A stretch of DNA of 64,000 nucleotides from Angustibacter luteus (GCF_039541115.1 NZ_BAABFP010000002.1:372001-436000), one strand, 5' to 3'. Shown: positions 29,292 through 38,818, counted from the stretch's first letter. Numbers and translations are program-made. The notes: generated from the sequence alone by a model not told the origin.

Positions 29292-30232
29292 GTCCCCGCC
29301 AGCCGCTCGACGACCGGACCCAGCTGGTCGAGGTCGGCGACCAGGAACGACGAGATGCCCAGCCGCTCGCGAAGCTCGGTGAACTTCTCGACGAGCCGGT
29401 CGTGGGAGCCGATGTGCACGTGCGGTGACTCGATGACCTCCGTCACGGTGAGCTCCACCCCGCCGCGCTGCCGCAGCTCGGCGACGACCTTCTCGGCCTC
29501 GCCCTGCAGGTCGTTCGTGACGGTGGCCGGCCAGAACGACGGGTAGACGTTGAAGGTCAGCTCGTCGAACCGGTCACCGGCCGCCTCGCGGACCCAGCCG
29601 ATCTTCTCCTCGGTCGCGGCCCAGGTGAACGACCGCGGGTCCGGGCGGCCGCCGCGCAGGATCCGCGGTGCCAGACCGACGGTCTGCGCCTCCCGGCCGG
29701 CCAGCTCGAGTGTCGTCCGGCCGCCGCCGCCGATGAAGAACGGGGGGTGCGGCTGCTGCACCGGCTTGGGCTGCGCGTCGTAGTCGGTGATCGTGTAGTG
29801 CTCGCCGGCGAAGGAGAACGCGCCGGTTCCGAAGCATCCCTTGACCACCGCGACCGACTCGGCCAGCCGCGCCTGCCGCACCCGGATCGGATCGAAGGGC
29901 AGGCCGATGGCGACGTACTCGGACTCGTTCCAGCCGGCCCCGATGGCGACGTCGAGGCGCCCCTCGGACAGCAGGTCGAGCGTGGCCAGCTCCTGCGCGA
30001 GCACCGCGGGGTGTCGCAGGTCGTTGTTGTGCACGAACGCGGCGATCCGGATCCGCTCGGTCAGCGCCGCGACGGTCGCCAGGTACGGCACCGGCGCCGG
30101 TTGGGCGAGCAGGTGGTCCGGCAGCGCGAACGTCGTGATGCCAAGGTCCTGCGCGGCGCGGGCCCGCTCGCCGAGCTCGCGGGCGCTGGACACGTCGAAC
30201 GCGTTGGACAGGAACGTGAAGGGCTTGCTCAT
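29288..30232 (-). CDS. LLM class (probably F420-dependent) oxidoreductase
   Basis: PDHL, NDLRHPAVLAQELATLDLLSEGRL, GAGW, PVQQPHPP, IGGGG. Confidence 0.9.
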   Translation of the reverse strand: MSKPFTFLSNAFDVSSARELGERARAAQDLGITTFALPDHLLAQPAPVPYLATVAALTERIRIAAFVHNNDLRHPAVLAQELATLDLLSEGRLDVAIGAGWNESEYVAIGLPFDPIRVRQARLAESVAVVKGCFGTGAFSFAGEHYTITDYDAQPKPVQQPHPPFFIGGGGRTTLELAGREAQTVGLAPRILRGGRPDPRSFTWAATEEKIGWVREAAGDRFDELTFNVYPSFWPATVTNDLQGEAEKVVAELRQRGGVELTVTEVIESPHVHIGSHDRLVEKFTELRERLGISSFLVADLDQLGPVVERLAGT

Positions 30233-30267
30233 GGCCCGATCATGCCGTGCGGGCAGTGCGCGACGGG

Positions 30268-31299
30268 TCAGCCCAGCGAGGCCTTGACCGCCCAGTGCTT
30301 GGTGATCTCGGTGTACGGCTCGACGTACCCGGTCGTCGCGTTCCCCGCGATGACGTGGCCCCGGACCCAGGCCTGGGTCGCGGTCTTGGCGTAGAACGGG
30401 GCGCCGGAGTCACCGGGCAGGGCGATGACGCCGCCCGTGTAGGCGATGACCGGGAACTTGCAGCCGGTCGCCGTGCAGAGCTGGGCAGTGGTGCTGGTCA
30501 CGGTGTGCCCGCACTGCTCCCCAGTCTTGTAGCCGCTGTGGCAGTAGCTGCTGTAGCCCACCACGGCGGAGCCCGCGCCCACCACCGGGATGCTGGCGGC
30601 GCTGTTCACCCCGCCGGTGAACAGGCGCCCGGCATAGGTCTTGCCAGCCAGGAACTCCGCGTCGACGGGAGCGACGGTGCGCCCGGTGACCGTGCCCACG
30701 GTGTTCGCGCCGGACGGGGTCATGACCACCGTGCCGTTGGGGTAGCAGTGCCCGGCGGTGATCATCCAGCGGGTGCCCGCAGCGCTCTGCACGGTGTAGC
30801 CCGTCGAGCAGACCGCCCCCGGGGCCGACAGCCCGCCGCCCCCGTAGAAGGGTGGCGTGTCGTCGCCACGGCCGAGCCGGTCCGTCGTCCGCTGCCTGGT
30901 GACCTTCACCGCGATGCCGGCCGTGGTCCTGTCACCGGTCAGGGTGATGAGCCTGCCGATGACGGCGGACGGAGCATCGGTGTCCACGACCACCGCGCCG
31001 GTGACCGGGTCGGAGTAGGTGCCGAACGAGTACCGGGTGCCGTGCGTGGCGACGTAGTCGGCGACGCGCGCCTGCACGGTCGCGACGGCCCGCCGGGAGG
31101 CAGGCGCCGACGCCGCAGCCTTGGCGGCCAGGTGGTCCGGCGAGGCGGAGTCGGGGATCGCCCTGGTCCTGGCGACGGGCACGCCCTTCGCCGACGCCGG
31201 GTCGGACGACGCGGCCTGGGCCGGTCCGGTGCCGACCGCCAGCGCGGCAGCGGCGGCGGCGGACAGGCAGACGGCGATGGTCTTGGTGGAGCGGCGCAT
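30268..31299 (-). CDS. Secreted S1 (chymotrypsin-like, streptogrisin/alpha-lytic type) serine protease
   Basis: Signal peptide MRRSTKTIAV...AQA, propeptide, CSTGY, TAGHC, D, CHSGYKTGEQCG, GDSGAP; GGAGG RBS. Confidence 0.9.
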   Translation of the reverse strand: MRRSTKTIAVCLSAAAAAALAVGTGPAQAASSDPASAKGVPVARTRAIPDSASPDHLAAKAAASAPASRRAVATVQARVADYVATHGTRYSFGTYSDPVTGAVVVDTDAPSAVIGRLITLTGDRTTAGIAVKVTRQRTTDRLGRGDDTPPFYGGGGLSAPGAVCSTGYTVQSAAGTRWMITAGHCYPNGTVVMTPSGANTVGTVTGRTVAPVDAEFLAGKTYAGRLFTGGVNSAASIPVVGAGSAVVGYSSYCHSGYKTGEQCGHTVTSTTAQLCTATGCKFPVIAYTGGVIALPGDSGAPFYAKTATQAWVRGHVIAGNATTGYVEPYTEITKHWAVKASLG

Positions 31300-31415
31300 G
31301 GCGGACCTCCCGGTCGGGCACGCGGCCCCCTGCCACGGTCCCTCGGGAGTGAAGAGCCCTGCGGGTGCCCGCGAGATACAGCCTCGGGTGCGGGCGCCGG
31401 AACCGACGGAGGAGG

Positions 31416-32561
31416 TCAGGCGACCCAGTAGTGCGCGGAGAAGGCCACGGACAGCGCGACCAGGGCGGGCACGCACACCACCGGGACCGCCCAGCGCAGC
31501 CACCGCCAGCCCTCGCGCTGGCTGACCTCCGCGAGCAGCAGGTACGCCGGGAACCACAGCAACCCGTAGCGCGCCGCGGACGTCAGCATCGTCGAGCAGA
31601 CCAGCACGGAGACGTTCAGCCCGATCAGCACCGCCTCGGCCCAGCGCCGCAACCACAGGAGCACCCCGAGCAGCAGCAGGCCGCCGACCACGACGACCAG
31701 GTCCGCCCACCGGCTGACGACCAGGTCGGTGGCCGGCGCCGTCCGGGCGGCCCGCCACCCCGCGGCCAGCCCCTGCCACGGCCAGGCCGTCCCGCGCACC
31801 CAGCCCTTGTCCTGCGCCTGCTGCCAGGCGTCGAGGTGGCCCGTGCGAGCGGCGAGGTACCCGACGTACCCGAGCACCGCGAGCGGGCCGAGCAGCAGTG
31901 CCGCCGCGTCCGGCCTGGGCCAGCGCCGCCCGTCCGCGCGCAGCTGCAGCAGGTAGGTCACCGCGAGCGCCGCGACCAGGAACAACCCGTTCACCCGCAC
32001 CAGGCTCGCCGCACCGGCGGCCGCACCGGCCCACCACCAGTGCCGGCGCACCGCGGCCAGCCAGGCGGCCAGGCTCAGGGCCAGGAAGAGCGACTCCGTG
32101 TACACCGACGACAGGAAGATGCCGAACGGCGCGACGGCCAGGAAGACCACGGCCCAGGTACCCGAGCCCGGTGCCCGCAGGTCACCGATGCGTTGCAGCA
32201 GCACGGCCGCAACGCCGCCGGACACGAGCGACACGACCAGTCCGGCCAGCACGACGCTGCCCGCCAGGACCGGCGCCAGCGCGGCCATCAGCAGCGGGTA
32301 CCCCGGGAAGAACGCCTGGTCGCAGCAGGGCAGCCCGGGCGGCAGGTAGCCGACCTCGGCGATCCGGACGAAGTGCCAGGAGTCCCACCAGGTCACCCGC
32401 TCGGTGAGCCAGCGGCTGAGGTCGCGGGCCCGCAGACCGTCGTCGACACCCTGCGCCCAGGACACGCCGATGACGAGCGCGACGAGCGCGACCCTCGACG
32501 CGCACCACCAGCCGGCCGTCCGGGCCCACGTCCGCTGACGGTGCTCGCGGGCGATCGGCAT
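31416..32561 (-). CDS. GT-C mannosyltransferase family (PIG-V-like) membrane protein
   Basis: WDSWHFVRIAEVGY, AFFPGYP, YTESLFLALS, RVNG, multiple TM. Confidence 0.85.
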   Translation of the reverse strand: MPIAREHRQRTWARTAGWWCASRVALVALVIGVSWAQGVDDGLRARDLSRWLTERVTWWDSWHFVRIAEVGYLPPGLPCCDQAFFPGYPLLMAALAPVLAGSVVLAGLVVSLVSGGVAAVLLQRIGDLRAPGSGTWAVVFLAVAPFGIFLSSVYTESLFLALSLAAWLAAVRRHWWWAGAAAGAASLVRVNGLFLVAALAVTYLLQLRADGRRWPRPDAAALLLGPLAVLGYVGYLAARTGHLDAWQQAQDKGWVRGTAWPWQGLAAGWRAARTAPATDLVVSRWADLVVVVGGLLLLGVLLWLRRWAEAVLIGLNVSVLVCSTMLTSAARYGLLWFPAYLLLAEVSQREGWRWLRWAVPVVCVPALVALSVAFSAHYWVA

Positions 32562-32586
32562 GAGCCAGAGCGTAAGGGTTCGAGCG

Positions 32587-32859
32587 TCAGGCCTTGGGGT
32601 GCGCGAGGTTCTCGATGGGCAGCGTCACCGCGATGCTCGAGATGCGGTCGCCGCGCAGGTACAGCGTCCCGGAGCGCTGCACCACACCGGGCTCGGGCGG
32701 GGTGAAGACCTCGAGCGGTGGGAAGGCCCCGCCGGCGAGGGCCTGGTCGACCTGGCGCGTCAGCTCCTCGTACGACACCCCGAAGGCGACGTAGCTGGCG
32801 CCGTCCACATGGATCATGACGTCCGCCAGGACGTCGTCCGTCGAACTCTGCTCTGTCAC
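32587..32859 (-). CDS. Hypothetical protein (90 aa) coupled to the AAA-LuxR gene
   Basis: GTGA overlap with the upstream stop, GAGG RBS within the upstream gene end; globular-looking sequence. Confidence 0.6.
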   Translation of the reverse strand: MTEQSSTDDVLADVMIHVDGASYVAFGVSYEELTRQVDQALAGGAFPPLEVFTPPEPGVVQRSGTLYLRGDRISSIAVTLPIENLAHPKA

Positions 32860-35831
32860 AGCACAACCTCCTCGTCGAGTCCGAGGCGATAGACCAGCGC
32901 CGTCGCCTCGGAACGGTTTCGCACGTGCAGCTTGGACAGGATGTTGGACACGTGCACGCTCGCGGTCTTCTCCGTGATGTGCAGCGCGGTGCCGATCTGC
33001 CGGTTCGTCTCGCCGCGGGCGATGCGCCCGAGCACCTGCCGTTCCCGGGAGGTCAGGTCGACCAGAACGCCGTCCGTGCGGTCCGGCTGCCGAGCGTCCA
33101 CGTGGCCCGGTGGGTCGTCCAGACGCACCCGGGCGACGTCCGCGAGCCGCCGGACCCAGGTCGCCAAGGTCCCCGGGCCGAGCGGGGCCAGCACGTCTGC
33201 GGCGCGGCGCAACGGTTCCGCCACGGCCGGGGCACCGTGCTCGGCGAGCGCCAGCTCGGCCCCGCGCAGCCACGCATAGCCCGCCAGCTGCGGTTGTCCG
33301 CCGTCCAGGCACGCCTGAGCGAGCGCCGTCCACTCCTGGGCCGTCGCGGTCCCTCCGCCCCGGGCCAGCTCCACGCGGCAGAGCGCGAGCAGCGTGCGGC
33401 ACGGCGGCAGCCAGGGCGCGGCCGCCGCCAGGGCGTCCGCCCGCGCCGCGAGGTCGTCGGCGGCGGACCTGAGGTCCCCCTCGGCAGGAGCGTCGGCGGC
33501 GCGCAACGCCGTCGGGCGCCCCAGCAGGTCTGCGGCGGCGCGCAGCCCTAGCGCGCACATGCGCAGCCCGGACGTCGGGTCGTCCGCCAGGAACTCCTGT
33601 CGACCGACCACCTGCGCCAGCGCGTCCTGCGGACTGCCCTCCTCCAGGGCGAGCGAACCGGAGACCAGGGCCACCTGGTTCGCGGTCAGCACGTCGCCCG
33701 GGTCGACGGGGCCGATCGCGTGCAGCGCCCCCCGGGCCTCGTCCAGGGCCCCCAGCTCGACCAGCGCCTCGCCGAGCACGGCGAGCAGGTACGGCCGGGT
33801 GGTCCGCGCCGTCGGCCCGGTGGCCGACTCGAGCACGGTCTCCAGGATCTGCCTGGCCTCCGCGAACCGACCGCAGGCGAGCAGCGCGGTGGCCTCGTTG
33901 GCGGTCAGCAAGGCGCCGTTGGTCAGCGCGAGACCGTGCCGTTCGGCCACCTGCAGCCCGGACCGTGCGGCCTGCGCGGCATCGGCCCACCGCCCGGCGC
34001 TCTCCAGCACGTACGTCAGGTTGATCCAGGCGCGCAGGGTGGCCTCGACGTCCCCGAGCCGCTCGGACAGCTCGAGCGCCTCGCGCATGCTGGGCACGGC
34101 CCGGTCCGGTCCGTCCAGGACCACCACGTTGACGCCGTCAACGGCCAGCACGTACGCCCTGGTGGCGAGGTCGTCCACGGCTCGGGCGAGCGCGAGCGCC
34201 TGCTCGCACTCCTCGTGCGAGGCCTCGTACTGGCCGCGGACCATCCGGATCGCGCCGAGGGTCGCGTGGCAGCGCGCCGCCAGCGACCGGCCGGGCTCCA
34301 GCGGTCTGGTCGGCGCCGTGGCGCAGGCCTCACGCGCGGCGGCCAGCGCGGCCTCGCCGTCGCCCGTGTCGTTCAGGTGCAGCGCCAACCGCTCCAGCAC
34401 CTCGGCCCGCCGCGCCGCGTCGTCCCGGCCCACCTCGTCCAGCGCGAGCCGCAGGCTCTCCACCCCGTCGGCGGCCTGCGGCCCGCGACGTAGCGACACG
34501 GCGAGCTCCATCCGGACGGCCGGGCGGTCCAGTCCCTCGACCGTGGCGGGCGCAGCGCCCGGCTGTGCGTCCGGCCACAGCCCCAGGGCCGTGCGCCACA
34601 GGCGCGCGGCGTCGGTCGGCGAGCGCCTCGCCGTCGCGGCGCGGGCCGCCCGGACCAGCGGGGCCACGGCGAGGTCCGGGCGCCCGGCCGCCTGCCAGTG
34701 CTCGGCGAGCACCGCCGCCGCCCGCTCCGGGCCCCCCACCAGCTCGGGGTCCGCGTCGACCCGCTCGGCGACCCGGGTGTGCCAGGCGACCCGTTCGCCG
34801 GGGAGCAGGTCGCCGTACACCGCCTCCTGCAGCAGGGCGTGCCGGACGACGAACGCGTCGCTGCCGTGCCGTTGCAGCAGCCCGTCCCGCAGCGCCACGC
34901 GCAGCGCGACGTTCAGGTCGGCCACGTCGGCGTCGATGACGCCGGTCAGCAGCTCGTGGCGCACCGGACCGGCGACCACGCAGACCACCTGGACGATCTG
35001 TCTGGCTGTCGGCGGCAGCTGCGCGTGCCGGACCAGCAGCACGTCGCGCAACGCCTCCGGCAGTGGCTGGTCCGGGTCGCTGGCGCGGGCCAGCTCCTCG
35101 GCGAAGAACGGGTTGCCCATCGCGCGGCGCACGAGGCGGCCCACGTCGTCGGCGCCCAGGGCGGGTTCGACGTCCGCGATGATCTGCGCCACCGCCGGGT
35201 CAGTGAGCGCCGCGAGGTCGATCCGCGAGCAGCGCGGCATCGAACCCAGCTGCGTCAGGGCCTCCCGCAGCCACTGCGGCTGGGACGGCTCGTCGGTGCG
35301 CAGCGTGCCGACGACCAGGAGCCGCTCGACGGACAGGTTGCCGGCGAGGAACAGCAGCAGGTCCGTGGTCGCCTGGTCGGCCCAGTGCAGGTCCTCCAGC
35401 ACCAGCACGACCGGGCGCTGGGCGGCGAGCTGGGCGAGCAGGGCGAGCGTGAGCTCCAGCACCTGCGCCCCGCGCCAGCGGTCGGCCTGCCCCGTCGGTG
35501 GCTCAGCGGCAGCCAGCACGGGCGAGACCGCAGCACGGGCCGCCGGGTGCCAGCCATCCAGCAACGGCCCCGCGGCCACCGGACGCAGGGCCTGCACGAC
35601 GGGCGCGTAGGGCAGGTGCGTGGTGGTCAGCCGCTGGCAGCCGCCGCGCAGCACCGTGACCTCCTGCAGGTCACGCGACCACTCGTCGAGCAGCCGGCTC
35701 TTGCCCGATCCGGCATCCCCACGGACCAGCACCAGACGCGGCTCGGCCCGCACGACGTCCGCCAAGGCTTGCCCCAGCAGTCCCCGCTCAGCATCCCGCC
35801 CGACGTACGCGGTCCGGAGCCCGGCTCCCAC
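32856..35831 (-). CDS. Large ATP-binding LuxR-family regulator (AAA/STAND NTPase, TPR-like region, LuxR HTH)
   Basis: YVGRDAE, Walker A GDAGSGKS, Walker B LEDLHWAD, GNPFFAEEL, LTSRERQVL...TASVHVSNILSKL. Confidence 0.93.
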   Translation of the reverse strand: MGAGLRTAYVGRDAERGLLGQALADVVRAEPRLVLVRGDAGSGKSRLLDEWSRDLQEVTVLRGGCQRLTTTHLPYAPVVQALRPVAAGPLLDGWHPAARAAVSPVLAAAEPPTGQADRWRGAQVLELTLALLAQLAAQRPVVLVLEDLHWADQATTDLLLFLAGNLSVERLLVVGTLRTDEPSQPQWLREALTQLGSMPRCSRIDLAALTDPAVAQIIADVEPALGADDVGRLVRRAMGNPFFAEELARASDPDQPLPEALRDVLLVRHAQLPPTARQIVQVVCVVAGPVRHELLTGVIDADVADLNVALRVALRDGLLQRHGSDAFVVRHALLQEAVYGDLLPGERVAWHTRVAERVDADPELVGGPERAAAVLAEHWQAAGRPDLAVAPLVRAARAATARRSPTDAARLWRTALGLWPDAQPGAAPATVEGLDRPAVRMELAVSLRRGPQAADGVESLRLALDEVGRDDAARRAEVLERLALHLNDTGDGEAALAAAREACATAPTRPLEPGRSLAARCHATLGAIRMVRGQYEASHEECEQALALARAVDDLATRAYVLAVDGVNVVVLDGPDRAVPSMREALELSERLGDVEATLRAWINLTYVLESAGRWADAAQAARSGLQVAERHGLALTNGALLTANEATALLACGRFAEARQILETVLESATGPTARTTRPYLLAVLGEALVELGALDEARGALHAIGPVDPGDVLTANQVALVSGSLALEEGSPQDALAQVVGRQEFLADDPTSGLRMCALGLRAAADLLGRPTALRAADAPAEGDLRSAADDLAARADALAAAAPWLPPCRTLLALCRVELARGGGTATAQEWTALAQACLDGGQPQLAGYAWLRGAELALAEHGAPAVAEPLRRAADVLAPLGPGTLATWVRRLADVARVRLDDPPGHVDARQPDRTDGVLVDLTSRERQVLGRIARGETNRQIGTALHITEKTASVHVSNILSKLHVRNRSEATALVYRLGLDEEVVL

Positions 35832-35865
35832 GACATCCCAGTATGCCCGCGGGGCCCGCTCGCTC

Positions 35866-35933
35866 CTAAGGGTTCTCAGTGCGGGGACTAAGGATTACTG
35901 CCGATCCGGCCGCGGGGCCTGCGCGGGCACGCT
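35866..35933 (+). promoter_or_regulatory. Putative LuxR-activated promoter of the CHAP gene
   Basis: CTAAGG direct repeat at 35866 and 35888 (22-bp period); box CTAAGGATTACTGCCGAT 35888-35905; CACGCT 22 nt later. Confidence 0.4.
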
Positions 35934-35980
35934 GACGGTGGTCGGCAACGGGCCGACCACCCGGTCCCGAGGGGGGAACG

Positions 35981-36787
35981 ATGTCATCACCTCACCAGCT
36001 GCTCGCCATCGCCCGAGCCGAGCTCGGCGCGCACGAGCTACCGCCAGGGTCCAACGTGACCAAGTACGGCAAGGCGTACGGCCTCTCACCCGCGCCGTGG
36101 TGCGCGCAGTTCGCCTGCGCGTGGGTCTGGAAGCGCGCCGACCTGCCGATCCCGAGGGACGCGGACTCCCCCAGCCACGGCTGGGCGAGCGTGCAGCACT
36201 TCCTGAACTCCGGGCACCGCCACGGGTGGGTGCTGCCCGGTGGCCGGACGGCGCACGCCCGGCCCGGCGACTACGTGTGCTTCGAGTGGGACAAGGACGT
36301 CTGGGCGGACCACGTGGGGATCGTGGTCGCCGTCTCGCCCGCCGGCCGGCTCACCACCATCGAGGGCAACTCCGCCGGTCCGCGCGGCTACGACGCCGTC
36401 GCGTACCACCACCGTTCGCGCCGGAGCGTCGCCGCGTTCGTCCGGCCGCCGTACACCCAGCACGGCACCAGCCCGGCCTCGGACACCCCGAAGCACATGG
36501 CGCACTCCAGCAGCGGCAAGCGCAGGACGGCCGCCCACCCGGTGCTGCCTCGCGGCGTGGTGCTGATGGACGGCTCGCCGCACCACGACCTCGTCGCCGT
36601 CTACCAGCACCGCATGCTCCAGCGCGGGTGGACCCCGATCGGACGCGTGGACGGCGTGTTCGGCCGCCGCACCGAGGCCGTCACCCGCGCCTTCCAGAAG
36701 CGGATGCGCCTCGACGTCGACGGTCAGGTCGGCACCGAGACCTGGACCGCTGCGTTCGCCACCAAACCCGCCAGCAAGGCCGCGTAG
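35981..36787 (+). CDS. CHAP-domain amidase with C-terminal peptidoglycan-binding domain (endolysin-like, no signal peptide)
   Basis: GSNVTKYG, WCAQF (Cys), PGDYVCFEW, DHVGIV (His), TIEGN; PG-binding DGVFGRRTEAVTRAFQ...DGQVGTETW. Confidence 0.88.
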   Translation: MSSPHQLLAIARAELGAHELPPGSNVTKYGKAYGLSPAPWCAQFACAWVWKRADLPIPRDADSPSHGWASVQHFLNSGHRHGWVLPGGRTAHARPGDYVCFEWDKDVWADHVGIVVAVSPAGRLTTIEGNSAGPRGYDAVAYHHRSRRSVAAFVRPPYTQHGTSPASDTPKHMAHSSSGKRRTAAHPVLPRGVVLMDGSPHHDLVAVYQHRMLQRGWTPIGRVDGVFGRRTEAVTRAFQKRMRLDVDGQVGTETWTAAFATKPASKAA

Positions 36788-36836
36788 GCCCACACATCCA
36801 CTGCCACCACGCATTGCCACTACCGAGGGGGACACC

Positions 36837-37388
36837 ATGTCTGCACAGCCGAACCAACCCGACTGGGCGCCGAGCCCGGCCGACCCCATGCCCTACGCGC
36901 GGACCCTCGCGCCGGCGCCGTCCACCGACCCGGCGTCCGAGGACGACTTCAGCGACCTGGACGACCTCGACTCGTTCGACCCGGACTTCCCGGCGGCCGA
37001 TCCGCGACCGACGTCGGCGGACGACGTGCTGGACGACGAGGACGCGGGGCCCGACGACGTGACGGCCGACCAGGCGACGGCCGACCAGGCGACGGCCGAC
37101 CAGTCAGCAGCACCGCAGCCGGCCGCACCCGTTGCGGTCGTTGCGGCACCGGCGAAGAAGGGCCTGCGGACCAGCGAGTTCTGGCAGACCCTGTTCACCC
37201 AGCTGCTGGCGCTCGCGGTCTCCGTCGTCGCCCTGTTCGGCGGCCGGCTGGACTCCACCGCGGTGCAGGCCCTGGTGCCGGCCGCGGCGCTGTTCGCCTC
37301 AGCGGCGTCGAGCGCCTGGTACAGCCAGTCCCGCAGCAAGGTGAAGTCCGCGCACCCGTCGACGCTCGTGCCGCCCGACGGGGTCTGA
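36837..37388 (+). CDS. Holin-like two-TM protein with acidic, low-complexity N-terminus
   Basis: KKGLRTSEFW followed by two hydrophobic helices and a basic tail SRSKVK; immediately downstream of the amidase. Holin role is inferred. Confidence 0.55.
   Translation: MSAQPNQPDWAPSPADPMPYARTLAPAPSTDPASEDDFSDLDDLDSFDPDFPAADPRPTSADDVLDDEDAGPDDVTADQATADQATADQSAAPQPAAPVAVVAAPAKKGLRTSEFWQTLFTQLLALAVSVVALFGGRLDSTAVQALVPAAALFASAASSAWYSQSRSKVKSAHPSTLVPPDGV
37061..37103 (+). repeat. In-frame 15-bp tandem repeat (~2.9 copies) encoding TADQA
   Basis: GACGGCCGACCAGGC x2 plus GACGGCCGACCAG. Confidence 0.9.
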
Positions 37389-37406
37389 CGCGCCGGCCGA
37401 GCCGGT

Positions 37407-38504
37407 TCAGGCAGCCGCCTGGGCCGGCTCGGCCGCGCGGCGTTCGTCCAGCACCGGGCGGTACCGGTCGTACCAGGTCACGATGAGGCTCAGCAGCAGC
37501 GCGAAGAACAGCGCGTGGTCGACCTGGAAGCGGTTGCTCAGCAGGTGCAGCACCTCGGTGGTCGCCAGGTTGACCGCGGCGAGGCCGACGAAGAGCAGCA
37601 CCGACGTCATCATCGACCGGTGGCGCAGTCCGACCAGCAGGCTGAAGGCCGAGTCGATGACGACGTAGATCGAGGCCGCCACGACGATCTGGCTCGGCCG
37701 GGGAGTGGCCCCGGGGAGGATCTGCATGAAGATGACGATGATCAGGCCGATGAGGGCGATCTTCTCCAGCAGCGGCCAGCTGAACAGGCGGCCGGCCGGG
37801 CTGGTGACCGGCCGCAGCCGGTCGGCCAGGACGTGCAGGTTCCAGTCCTTGGCCGGGAGCACCGAGTGCAGCAGCCACCAGGTCACCGGAACCGCCGCCA
37901 CGAGCAGCACCACCAGCGTCGGGTAGACCCAGCCGTGCTCGTCCGCGAAGTCGGTGAAGTCCAGCTCGGCCACGTGGATCCACCACTCCTGCGGGAGCTT
38001 GATGAAGATCCAGATGAACGCCGCCATACCGATCACGAACCGCTTGCTCATCCGGCGCGGGTCCCAGCGCAGCCGGACGGTCTCGTAGGCGATGAAGAAG
38101 TACTCGAACGTGTTCGGGAAGACGAGCAGCAGCCAGCGCCACGAGCTGGGGTCCGCACTGTCGTGCAGCGTCTCGAAGATGGTCACGCCGACCAGCCGGT
38201 AGTACCAGAGGAACTGCGACACGGACACCGCGACCAGGTTCGTCCAGTTGCGCATCGTGGCCATGTAGGCCATGGCCAGGTAGTAGATGTCCAGCGACTT
38301 GTCGTAGCCCTGGTAGCTGTTCTCGACCGCGCTCCAGGTCGCCGGCGTGAGGTGGTTCTGGAAGATCGTCTGGTCCGCCGCGTCGATCACCAGGCAGGCG
38401 ATGATCGCGGGCAGGGGGATCAACGGCAGCAGCAGGGGGACGAGCAGGCGCAGGGCGACGATCACCGTGATGAGCGTGATGTCGCCGGCGGTGGCCGTAT
38501 CCAT
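37407..38504 (-). CDS. Hypothetical polytopic membrane protein
   Basis: 365 aa, about 9-10 TM, GGAGG RBS; DAAD...YQGYDKSLD, FPNTFEYFF, KLPQEWWIH. Confidence 0.8.
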   Translation of the reverse strand: MDTATAGDITLITVIVALRLLVPLLLPLIPLPAIIACLVIDAADQTIFQNHLTPATWSAVENSYQGYDKSLDIYYLAMAYMATMRNWTNLVAVSVSQFLWYYRLVGVTIFETLHDSADPSSWRWLLLVFPNTFEYFFIAYETVRLRWDPRRMSKRFVIGMAAFIWIFIKLPQEWWIHVAELDFTDFADEHGWVYPTLVVLLVAAVPVTWWLLHSVLPAKDWNLHVLADRLRPVTSPAGRLFSWPLLEKIALIGLIIVIFMQILPGATPRPSQIVVAASIYVVIDSAFSLLVGLRHRSMMTSVLLFVGLAAVNLATTEVLHLLSNRFQVDHALFFALLLSLIVTWYDRYRPVLDERRAAEPAQAAA

Positions 38505-38566
38505 GCTGGTTCCTCCTCGGGGGCTAGCCGAAGCATGGCAGCCAGCCCCCGCGGAGGACGAGCACC

Positions 38567-38818
38567 TCAGGTGATGTCGACGGAAACCTCGTAGACCTCA
38601 CCCGTGGGGTGGCCGGCCTGCTCGTGGATCCGCATCACGCTCTCCTTCGACGGCCCCGTGGACAGGCAGAACACCTTGCCCGACTCCGGGTCCAGCCAGG
38701 CCCGCTCGAAGCTGACCCCTTCGGTGTCCTGGATCGCCAGGTCCCGCTCGTGCGCCTCGCGCAGCTGGTCCTCGGTGACTCCCACGAAACCGCTGTGCAC
38801 ATCCATGAACCTCGCCAT
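38567..38818 (-). CDS. SCO4226-like / DUF4242 nickel-binding protein
   Basis: FMDVH, AHERDL, W.DPESGKVFCL, HEQAGHP; AGGAG RBS. Confidence 0.88.
   Translation of the reverse strand: MARFMDVHSGFVGVTEDQLREAHERDLAIQDTEGVSFERAWLDPESGKVFCLSTGPSKESVMRIHEQAGHPTGEVYEVSVDIT

Noticed and set aside
31300..31415. Possible riboswitch or structured leader upstream of the S1 protease
   Set aside because: No recognisable conserved riboswitch motif by eye; would need an Infernal/Rfam scan.
35981..37388. Prophage
   Set aside because: No integrase, att-like repeats, terminase, capsid or tail genes, and no obvious compositional shift; only the lysis-like pair is present.
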